Shown here piece after piece: positions 9,579-17,312 of a stretch of 64,000 nt of DNA (its first letter is position 1; the number at the start of each line of letters is the position of its first letter). The notes beneath the pieces are model-generated. The model had not been told where the DNA came from and did no database searches. It saw only the letters and a program-made list of their open reading frames with translations. The position numbers and the translations under genes are program-made. Origin of the DNA: an archaeon UBA583 (GTDB lineage Archaea > Nanobdellota > Nanobdellia > Woesearchaeales > UBA583). The stretch covers positions 34,692-98,691 of the forward strand of contig DAXK01000025.1 in NCBI GenBank assembly GCA_002506365.1. Direction: 5' to 3'.

Positions 9579-10622
9579 TTAAGCTAATCCTTCATAATAC
9601 CCTTGTAAATCCAAATCATAATTATTTTGTGCATACTTTGGACCATTATACTTTTTAGCAATTTGTTGATAATTTTTATTTTTCATATCATTAATAATTC
9701 CATTTTCTTCCAAAAACTTAAAAAAATAATTAATCATAGCATTTGAATCTTTAACTTTAGATAACAATAAATCAGCATCATCACTATTTTCATATCTAAC
9801 AATATTAGACCCTAACATTTGTGAAAAACCAAAACTTGAACTCTTAAAAGCAACAATATCATTAGCATCAAAAGCTTCTACAAAAGCATCATAATTTGTT
9901 TCCTTAGAAACTCTACTAAATGATTCTCCATTTTTTAAAGTGCAATCCACATCATCAAAACCTCTATTTTCTTCATTAAATTTATGACATTCAAATCTAA
10001 CTGATTTTTCAAAAGTTCTCCTATATCCATCCTCTTTAATAATTATGGCATAAATTAAATTCACATCAACATTATTTTTACTAGCATAAGTTTCAAATTG
10101 ATTTTTATTCAAATCATAAAAAATACTAGATTTAAACTTTTCAATTTTAGTAAGCATACTCCCCGTTAACTCAACAACATTAGTTTCAGAATTTAAAACA
10201 GCTCCATCTGAAATTGAATCAAAATCCCAAATATTATCATTATCAACCCCACTTAAAGCTTTTTCAATTTGAGTAAATAAAACACCACAATTTAATTTTT
10301 CATAATCCTTATGATTTTTATCATTACATTTAGTATAATACGAATTTAAAGAATTCCAAGTTGCAGTTTCCTGTTCATTACAACTCTCCAAAGTATCATC
10401 ATTACAAACTTTAACATTACAATTTGACTTTGAAATTTCACATTTTTCAATAATACTCTTTAACTTAAAATCAGAAATACCACCCTCCGCAGTATCAGAA
10501 ACTTCTGAAAACTGAGAAATAACTAACAAAACAACAATTAAAAGTAAAAAAAAACCAACTAACTTTGAAATAGATAACTCTACTCCTTTTTTATTAAAAG
10601 AAAAAATATTTTGAATAGACAT
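9579..10622 (-). CDS. Membrane-anchored protein with a C-terminal DUF3380-type N-acetylmuramidase-like domain
   Basis: N-terminal anchor NKKGVELSISKLVGFFLLLIVVLLVISQF. The C-terminus SSFGFSQMLG...YQQIAKKYNGPKYAQNNYDLDLQGYY resembles the SWGxFQIMG...YNGPxYxxNxYDxKL signature of phage/bacterial DUF3380 muramidases. Confidence 0.6.
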   Translation of the reverse strand: MSIQNIFSFNKKGVELSISKLVGFFLLLIVVLLVISQFSEVSDTAEGGISDFKLKSIIEKCEISKSNCNVKVCNDDTLESCNEQETATWNSLNSYYTKCNDKNHKDYEKLNCGVLFTQIEKALSGVDNDNIWDFDSISDGAVLNSETNVVELTGSMLTKIEKFKSSIFYDLNKNQFETYASKNNVDVNLIYAIIIKEDGYRRTFEKSVRFECHKFNEENRGFDDVDCTLKNGESFSRVSKETNYDAFVEAFDANDIVAFKSSSFGFSQMLGSNIVRYENSDDADLLLSKVKDSNAMINYFFKFLEENGIINDMKNKNYQQIAKKYNGPKYAQNNYDLDLQGYYEGLA

Positions 10623-10627
10623 TTTAT

Positions 10628-12106
10628 CTATCCCTTAATAACTGGAAAACTTTGGTAATACTTTCTAGTTTTACCATTATTTTTCACTTCAATCTCTAAA
10701 TCTGGTAATCTTACATCACCTAAAATACCTCTTTTATTAACTAAATTAAAACCTAATAATCTTGTATCTCCTCTTTCAAATCTAGTAAAATCCCAAACTA
10801 ATTTATACTGAGTATCACCCTTTAAAACATGTTTAGGTTCAGTTAAAGAAAAAGATTCATCCTTTACTTGTAAATAAGCAGGCATTCTGAAAATAATTTT
10901 TAATTTATCAATTTCATGTTCCTTAATATTCTCAAAACCAATTCTAACCTTAAACCCTTTAATTCCCTCATGAGATACTCTCTCAACTTCAAATAACTGA
11001 TTTTTAACAGCTAAAGGATTTGAATTCTTTCTAACATAAATATAACTTAAAATAATTCCAATTACAACAACTACAATAAATAAAGCTAAATAATTAAAAG
11101 AATAAGTAAAAGTTTTAGTTTGCCCTTTTTCTAAATTAACTTCAAAACCTACTCCATTTTCAGTTGAGAAATATTTTTCAGCATCAGTCCCAAATAATAA
11201 ACTTCTAAAAAATCCAAACTCTAATTCATCTTTATACGTATCAACCTCATTTCCTAAATTAGTAACTGAAATTTCAACTCTATCAGAAAATAAACCAGTC
11301 CCCCTATTTGATTTAACATCAATATTTTTATAAGAAGCAACTTTTAAATCAGAAACTGAATACCACTCTTGAGCAGATTCCCCTCCATCTTTTAAAACTC
11401 TAACAGTAACTTTAGCAAGATAATCACCTGGATTTAAAGAAGATGGAACATCTAACTGATAAATTTTATAACTAACATCTGATGTGAAAACATCTTCAAA
11501 AGTATCAAATTTATAATCTCCTAAACTAACAGAAACTTCTACATTTTGATCCTTAACAACAGCCTCAGAATTTACTGTAAACTTTAAAGCATTAACTGGA
11601 GACACATCAGTTTTTTGAATTTTAGTTGAAAACTTTAAATTATCCTTAGTTGGTTTAATATTAATACTATAAGTTAAAGAAACATCATCAGCTCCAATAA
11701 TTGTTACAGGAAACTCAAAAAAACCTGAATAATCTTCATTATTTTGAGAAATTTTAATTAAATTTGGACTAACTACATTTGGCGTATAATCAAAAGCTGA
11801 ATTTGCTTTTAATTCTAACTTTAAACTAACTTTTTCCCCTGCATTTAACTTAACATTTTTTTCACTTAAAGAAATATCCCATCCACTAATAGATGCAACA
11901 TTAAAATCAATATTTTGAACTTCATTTAAATTATTTTTAACTGTAAAAAAAAACTCACTCTCAATATGATTATTATAAACCTCGGAACTTAAAGTATTTA
12001 CCTCAACCTCAAATGCTCCATTTTCATTATAAACGTTATTTCCAAAAATAGAAACAAAAGAAAATAGAAATAAAAAAATAAAATTTAAACTTTTAAAATG
12101 TGTCAT
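10628..12106 (-). CDS. Type-I membrane protein: signal peptide, beta-rich CARDB-like ectodomain, one TM helix, about 125-aa cytoplasmic domain
   Basis: The ORF track extends to 12166, but that extension overlaps the TFB 3' end. The internal start MTHFKSLNFIFLFLFSFVSIFG gives a clean signal peptide. TM helix LALFIVVVVIGIILSYIYV. Function unknown. Confidence 0.6.
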   Translation of the reverse strand: MTHFKSLNFIFLFLFSFVSIFGNNVYNENGAFEVEVNTLSSEVYNNHIESEFFFTVKNNLNEVQNIDFNVASISGWDISLSEKNVKLNAGEKVSLKLELKANSAFDYTPNVVSPNLIKISQNNEDYSGFFEFPVTIIGADDVSLTYSINIKPTKDNLKFSTKIQKTDVSPVNALKFTVNSEAVVKDQNVEVSVSLGDYKFDTFEDVFTSDVSYKIYQLDVPSSLNPGDYLAKVTVRVLKDGGESAQEWYSVSDLKVASYKNIDVKSNRGTGLFSDRVEISVTNLGNEVDTYKDELEFGFFRSLLFGTDAEKYFSTENGVGFEVNLEKGQTKTFTYSFNYLALFIVVVVIGIILSYIYVRKNSNPLAVKNQLFEVERVSHEGIKGFKVRIGFENIKEHEIDKLKIIFRMPAYLQVKDESFSLTEPKHVLKGDTQYKLVWDFTRFERGDTRLLGFNLVNKRGILGDVRLPDLEIEVKNNGKTRKYYQSFPVIKG

Positions 12107-13061
12107 CTTTTCCATCATCCTCTTTAGATTTAGATTTAGCCTTGATTTTTTTAATTTCATCCTCAAGATCTAACTTTTGAATAATTTCCTTATATCTATT
12201 TCTAATTGTAACCTCAGTCACACCAGAAACATCTGAAATATCTCTTTGAGTTCTTCTCTCACCCTCTAATAAACCTGCAATATATAATGCTGCTGCAGCA
12301 ATTCCAATTGGACCTCTACCAGAAGTTAACTCTAAAGATAATGCTTGTGATAAAATTTCAACTGCTCTTGACTGTGTTTCAGGTCCATATTTTAAAACAC
12401 TTGCAAATCTTGAAATATAATCAACTGGATTTGATGGTAAAATTTTAATTCTTAATTCTCTTGTAATATATCTATAAGATCTTCCAATTTCCTTTTTATC
12501 AATTCCTGAAGCTTCAGCAATCTCATCTAAAGTTCTAGGAATATTTTGTCTTCTACAAGCAGCATACACAACTCCTGCAACAACACTCTCAATTGATCTT
12601 CCACGAACTAAATTCTTTTGAACAGCTTCAGTATAAATCTTTCCAGCCTCTTCTTCAATTGATGTTGGTAAATTCAAAAATGAAGATAAACGACGAAGTT
12701 CTCCTAAAGCAATCTTTAGGTTCTTCTCCATAACTGTAGACAATCTTTTTTGCCATCTCTTTAATCTTTGAAGTTTATATCTTTGTTTCTTATCTAAAGA
12801 AAAAGCATCACTCTCAGACCCAATAGAAGTTCCCATACCCATATCATACTTTGTATATGATGTTGGAGCACCAGATCTTCTCATCTCAGAATCATCTCCC
12901 TCTTCAAAGTCTCTCCATTCCTTTCCTAAAGAAATATTTTTTGCATCAATTAATAAACCACAACTTCTACAAATCATTTCCCCTCTATCTTTATCATTAT
13001 AAAGATTAGTTCCACCACACTCTGGGCATTTTTTTAAATTATCTGATCCTACCATTATCAA
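12093..13061 (-). CDS. tfb: Transcription initiation factor B (TFB/TFIIB)
   Basis: N-terminal zinc ribbon CPECGG...CRSCG followed by two cyclin-fold repeats (AACRRQNIPRTLDEIA, AAALYIAG). The ORF-track start is TTG. An ATG lies two codons downstream. Confidence 0.95.
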   Translation of the reverse strand: MIMVGSDNLKKCPECGGTNLYNDKDRGEMICRSCGLLIDAKNISLGKEWRDFEEGDDSEMRRSGAPTSYTKYDMGMGTSIGSESDAFSLDKKQRYKLQRLKRWQKRLSTVMEKNLKIALGELRRLSSFLNLPTSIEEEAGKIYTEAVQKNLVRGRSIESVVAGVVYAACRRQNIPRTLDEIAEASGIDKKEIGRSYRYITRELRIKILPSNPVDYISRFASVLKYGPETQSRAVEILSQALSLELTSGRGPIGIAAAALYIAGLLEGERRTQRDISDVSGVTEVTIRNRYKEIIQKLDLEDEIKKIKAKSKSKEDDGKDDTF

Positions 13062-13235
13062 TAAATTAACTTTAATTCACACAATATGAATAAAAAAGTT
13101 TTTAAATATACTTATTTTTCAAATTCATACAATAAAAAGATTTATTACCCTTCAATAGTGCTAAATAAAATAAAAATAAGTATTAAATTTCTCAAACTCG
13201 AATTTTTAGAATAAAATTTTAAAAATAAAAGAGAA

Positions 13236-13436
13236 TTATTCTCTCCCAATTAATAAATCTCCACCATTAATAGTTTTTCGACCACTATGTGTAGATATTT
13301 TTGAAGCCTTTAAAGATAATTCATATAAATAATGTTCTAAAATTTTCTTTAATTCTTCCTTAGCATCCTCAGAAACTCTTTCAGCACCCTTGTCCTTCAT
13401 TAATCTTTCAAGAGCTAATAATGGTAATTTTGCCAT
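13236..13436 (-). CDS. Archaeal histone (HMf-type histone fold)
   Basis: 66 aa. LPLLALERLMKDKGAERVSEDAKEEL...HSGRKTINGGDL matches the archaeal histone pattern. Confidence 0.9.
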   Translation of the reverse strand: MAKLPLLALERLMKDKGAERVSEDAKEELKKILEHYLYELSLKASKISTHSGRKTINGGDLLIGRE

Positions 13437-13688
13437 TTATAAATCCCCCTTTACTTGATTAAATGCAAGTGTTACATCTTTAGACTTTACTGTCTTTCTT
13501 CCTGAATGCTCTGCTAATAAAACCGCTTTTTTAATAATTTTTTCAGTTACATCTTCTAAAATTGTTGCAGCAGTTTGCTTAGCATCTTTAGAAACTCTCT
13601 TACCCGTTGCTTCTTGAATTAAAGCTCCTAACGGTGCAAATGGTAAAATATTTTCTCTCTTGACCATAATAATATATTCATAAGACAT
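13437..13688 (-). CDS. Archaeal histone (HMf-type); the probable start is the internal Met (MVKRENILPFAP)
   Basis: LPFAPLGALIQEATGKRVSKDAKQTAATILED...AEHSGRKTVKSKDV. Its stop TAA directly abuts the ATG of the next histone gene. Confidence 0.9.
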   Translation of the reverse strand: MSYEYIIMVKRENILPFAPLGALIQEATGKRVSKDAKQTAATILEDVTEKIIKKAVLLAEHSGRKTVKSKDVTLAFNQVKGDL

Positions 13689-13877
13689 TCTTTAAAAACA
13701 TTTGTTACTTTTGTTTAAAATTATAATTAAGAACAATAATTAAACTGAAATCCAAAAATTAATATGATTAAAATCATATAATACTAAAATAAATCTAAAA
13801 ATAATAATTAAAAAAATATATAAAGACAAGATAAATATTTATATTATTGAAAAGCAATTTTCAAAAATTACTATATT

Positions 13878-13951
13878 GGGAACGTAGTATAACCTGGCTA
13901 GAATAAGCGGCTCCAACCCGCTGGATGGGGGTTCAAATCCTTCCGTTCTCA
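13878..13951 (+). tRNA. tRNA-Trp (anticodon CCA)
   Basis: Acceptor GGGAACG/CGTTCTC. Perfect anticodon stem AGCGG/CCGCT with loop CTCCAAC. T-arm GGGGG-TTCAAAT-CCTTC. The D-stem is weak. No CCA is encoded. It forms a GC-rich island in AT-rich DNA. Confidence 0.75.
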
Positions 13952-14080
13952 CTTTTCTAAAAAAATACATTAAGATTTTCGAGTTTGAAATTTATCTAGA
14001 TTGTAAAAATCAAGTTTTCTCAATTAAAAATAATTCTAAATAAAACAAAAAAATATAAATAATTTTATTATAATAATTAT

Positions 14081-14599
14081 ATGAAATACTCAAACAAAGA
14101 ATTCCACTGTGAAAAATTTGAAAATATAAATCTTGAACTAGAAAATTTTGACAATACAACTTTAGAAAACTGCGAATTTAAAAACTGTGTAATCAATTCC
14201 ATATCAATAAAAAATACTAAATTTCTAAATGTTAAATTTTATAATTGTAAAATAATCGGATTAAAAATTGAAGATTCAAATAACTTATTTCTAGATTTTA
14301 AATTTGAAAATTCAAAAATTGAAGGTTGTGATTTTTCAAACTTAAACATTCAAAATACAAAATTTATTAATTGTAATATAATTAGTTCAAATTTTCAAAA
14401 AACAAATCTTACAAATTCAAGTTTTGAATACTCAAACCTACAAGATTCAATATTTGCAAACACAAATCTTACAAATGTAAATTTTAAAGAATCATTTAAT
14501 TATAATATAAATCCAACTGAAAATAAAATAAAAAATGCTAAATTTTCTCAACCAGAAGTAATAAACTTACTAAAATATTTTAAAATAAAAATAGAATAA
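14081..14599 (+). CDS. Pentapeptide-repeat protein
   Basis: There is a continuous 5-residue periodicity (e.g. NLTNSSFEYSNLQDSIFANTNLTNVNF) across about 150 aa. Confidence 0.8.
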   Translation: MKYSNKEFHCEKFENINLELENFDNTTLENCEFKNCVINSISIKNTKFLNVKFYNCKIIGLKIEDSNNLFLDFKFENSKIEGCDFSNLNIQNTKFINCNIISSNFQKTNLTNSSFEYSNLQDSIFANTNLTNVNFKESFNYNINPTENKIKNAKFSQPEVINLLKYFKIKIE

Positions 14600-14606
14600 T
14601 ATTAAT

Positions 14607-15365
14607 TTAATTCCTCATATTTTTACAAAAATTTAATAATTCTTCATACTCTATAACATAATCAAAATAAACAATATCATTTTTATACCTACTATAAACT
14701 AATTTCACAAGTTCTGATGTATAAAATGACCTATAATCAGGTTTATCAGTTTTATTTAAATGTGGTAAATAATTTAACTCATATTTTTTTCTAATACACT
14801 CGAAATTTTTTTCTAAATCCTCAAATTTTAAAACATCATCAACTATAAGTTTTCCATTCTCAAAAAGTAAATAATCCTGTGAAACAAAATGAAAATCTGA
14901 CATAAAATTTGGAACTTTACAAACAATTTTCACAAATTTTTCAAAAGATAAATTTCTATTTATAATACCAAAATATTTTTTATTCATATTATGATTTTCA
15001 TTTAGAACCTTACTAACATAACATGATACTAATCTCTCAAAAGGATTTCTAACAAAAGTAAATTTATAACAATCCAAATTTACTAATTTTTTATGATTTA
15101 TTTTAAATCTATTTTTACTCAAATGAACAGATTGATAATTTTTTTTATCATAAATTACACCCAACTTATCCAAAAATACACTATTTAATGAAGAATTACC
15201 TGTTTTAGGAATTGAAACAAAAGCAACATTAAGAGAATTATAATATAAAATATCATTTAATTTATTATTAAAAATTAGTCTTAATATAGACTCTAATAAA
15301 AAATAATTTGAATAAATAAATAGATTATTTTTACAAATAAAATAAAATTTTTTAAATATTATCAT
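14607..15365 (-). CDS. Sulfotransferase (Sulfotransfer_2-like, carbohydrate sulfotransferase type)
   Basis: FVSIPKTGNSSL resembles the PAPS 5'-phosphosulfate-binding loop. FTFVRNPFERLVSCY resembles the RxPxxRxxS 3'-phosphate motif. Confidence 0.65.
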   Translation of the reverse strand: MIIFKKFYFICKNNLFIYSNYFLLESILRLIFNNKLNDILYYNSLNVAFVSIPKTGNSSLNSVFLDKLGVIYDKKNYQSVHLSKNRFKINHKKLVNLDCYKFTFVRNPFERLVSCYVSKVLNENHNMNKKYFGIINRNLSFEKFVKIVCKVPNFMSDFHFVSQDYLLFENGKLIVDDVLKFEDLEKNFECIRKKYELNYLPHLNKTDKPDYRSFYTSELVKLVYSRYKNDIVYFDYVIEYEELLNFCKNMRN

Positions 15366-15408
15366 AAAATAAATAAATAAATAAATTTAACAAAATAATT
15401 AATTAAAA

Positions 15409-16029
15409 TTAATCATCTGAAATTGTATCACCATCAAAAACTGCATCCTCTTCATCCTCAGTTTTCTCCATAACTTTTTTCCTAAAATTTGGATTTTTCA
15501 TATTTCTCTCATAATCCACCTTCTTTTTAGCAGCTAGAATTTCACGAATATAAATTCTCCCAACATCTTCTTCCTTAATCTCTAACTTATCAATATACTC
15601 TTGAACTTTTTCATAAGAATCAGACTCAATTTCAAGCATAGGTTCTAAACCTACATACTCATCTAAATCAAAAACAATATCATCCAATCTATACTCAGTT
15701 CTATACTTTCTTAAATCAAAAATTTTAATATAACCTAAATCATTCAAAATTCTATGCATTGTTTTAAAATTTGAAATTTTAACACCAATTTCATCTCTCC
15801 CCACAATACTTTGAACTGACTTTTTCTTCCCCTTTAGATTTAAATAAATATATTTACCCTTTTGACGAATCCTTAAGGCTTTTCCTTGTCTTGATAAATC
15901 TCTATCAGGTGTATCAAATCTATAATCTATAACCTTCCCAGTAAAAATCTTCTTAGCCCCTAACGCTTCAATTTTCGCAATAATTTCTTCCTTATTAATA
16001 TGTCTAATTTTAACTTCGATTTCTTTCAT
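15409..16029 (-). CDS. CYTH-domain protein (CyaB-like class IV adenylyl cyclase / triphosphate tunnel metalloenzyme) with an acidic C-terminal tail
   Basis: N-terminal EIEVK (ExExK signature), then LRIRQKG, RDEIGV, RTEY and the EPMLEIE strand pattern typical of CYTH. Confidence 0.8.
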   Translation of the reverse strand: MKEIEVKIRHINKEEIIAKIEALGAKKIFTGKVIDYRFDTPDRDLSRQGKALRIRQKGKYIYLNLKGKKKSVQSIVGRDEIGVKISNFKTMHRILNDLGYIKIFDLRKYRTEYRLDDIVFDLDEYVGLEPMLEIESDSYEKVQEYIDKLEIKEEDVGRIYIREILAAKKKVDYERNMKNPNFRKKVMEKTEDEEDAVFDGDTISDD

Positions 16030-16053
16030 TTTTAATCCCCTATTAAAAATGAC

Positions 16054-16143
16054 ACCATTTCACATTGTGAAATCTGTGTCTAAAATTTCTTCACACCTTT
16101 TCAAATCTTTGATTTGATAATGGCTTAGGAATCTATGATTCCT
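16054..16143. repeat. Hairpin-repeat locus 1: a 17-bp palindrome, one family unit, and an extra 7-bp hairpin
   Basis: ATTTCACATTGTGAAAT (16057-16073). Family unit ACCTTTTCAAAT-CTTTG-ATTTGATAATGGCTTAGGA (16095-16129). AGGAATC-TAT-GATTCCT (16127-16143). Confidence 0.7.
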
Positions 16144-16246
16144 TGATTGTGAAGACATTCATTTTTTAATTTTATAATTTTAAAACTCCTCAAACAAATG
16201 TTGGGAATTTTCCTCAATAATTTTTTAATTTAAACTAATACTAACT

Positions 16247-17197
16247 CTAATCTCGTAATCTTGTAAGAATCGTTTTACTATCATCCTTAAACAAAACACA
16301 ATCCTCAAACTGAGCAACAATTTCTCCATCAATTGTTCCAAGTTCATCATACTCATATAATACATTATACTTTTTCAAAACAGAAACCGCATAATCAACT
16401 CTTCTCTTTGAAAAACCCTTAAACCAAGGATGTCCATTTAAATTATCCTTTAAAGCTTCATCCCATAACCACCGTTTAGAAAATGGTTGTTTAGGAAAAT
16501 GTTCTCTAATATGTCTTAATACTTTCATAGCAATAGGATCTCTAACTGGTTTATCTCCCTTTAAATGTAAAATATTAGATAATCTACATGCCTTAATTAA
16601 AGGTTGACCATAAGTAATAAAAGGTTCAATTGCTAATTGCATTTCACCCTCAACCTTTGAAGTATCCCCATTATTTAAATTTGGAACAGATAATCCACAA
16701 TGTAAATTATATCTCCCAATTTGATGACCTGACAAATTATGAATTGTATTAAATCCATTTTTCTCCGCAACTTTTTCAACAACATCCCCTACTTGAGCCA
16801 TAGACACACCATAATCAACAACTTCAACTGCAGCCTCTAAACAAGCTCTCGCAGTCTCAATTAATTCAGTATGATTATTTGTTGTAATCTCAACTGTAAA
16901 TGCATTATCAGTCATATATCCATCTTTTGATGCACCAAAATCTACTTTAATAACATCTCCAGACTTTAATTTATATCCTTCATCATAAACAGTATAATGG
17001 GCTGCCATATCATTAACTGATACCATTGCTGGAAAAGACGGTAAATACCCATTTTCAAAAATTCTACTTTCAATAAAATCAATAATCTCAAAAATATCAA
17101 CACCTTCTTTGATAATTAATGAAACATCTTTTCTTAATTGTCTAGTAAAACTTCCAAGTTCTTTCAAAATTTCTAAATTTAACTCACTCATTAACAA
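16247..17197 (-). CDS. map: Methionine aminopeptidase, type 2 (archaeal)
   Basis: DFGASKDGYMTDNAFTV, HNLSGHQIG and AIEPF are metal-ligand motifs, and a C-terminal winged insert is present. The ATG at 17191 is the likely leaderless start, about 26 nt from the TATA box. Confidence 0.9.
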   Translation of the reverse strand: MLMSELNLEILKELGSFTRQLRKDVSLIIKEGVDIFEIIDFIESRIFENGYLPSFPAMVSVNDMAAHYTVYDEGYKLKSGDVIKVDFGASKDGYMTDNAFTVEITTNNHTELIETARACLEAAVEVVDYGVSMAQVGDVVEKVAEKNGFNTIHNLSGHQIGRYNLHCGLSVPNLNNGDTSKVEGEMQLAIEPFITYGQPLIKACRLSNILHLKGDKPVRDPIAMKVLRHIREHFPKQPFSKRWLWDEALKDNLNGHPWFKGFSKRRVDYAVSVLKKYNVLYEYDELGTIDGEIVAQFEDCVLFKDDSKTILTRLRD

Positions 17198-17221
17198 AAT
17201 AAATATTTCATTTTATATAAA

Positions 17222-17307
17222 ACTTTGTCAAATCTCTGATTTGACGAAGGGTTAGAAAATGTAATTTTATTCACTTTGTCAAATTTTTTATTTAACAACC
17301 GCTTAAA
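17222..17307. repeat. Hairpin-repeat locus 2: two family units 51 bp apart
   Basis: ACTTTGTCAAAT-CTCTG-ATTTGACGAAGGGTTAGA (17222-17256) and ACTTTGTCAAAT-TTTTT-ATTTAACAACCGCTTAAA (17273-17307). Confidence 0.75.
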
Positions 17308-17312
17308 AATTT

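Noticed and set aside
12107-12166. N-terminal extension MRMKLKKSRLNLNLKRMMEK of the 512-aa ORF
   Set aside because: It overlaps the TFB coding end. The downstream Met gives a canonical signal peptide, so the extension is probably not translated.
16030-16246. Box C/D or H/ACA sRNA in the hairpin-rich gaps (also 17198-17312 and 59433-59597)
   Set aside because: I could not find a RUGAUGA C box paired with a CUGA D box at appropriate spacing on either strand. I also found no ACA box 3' of a pocket-bearing hairpin.
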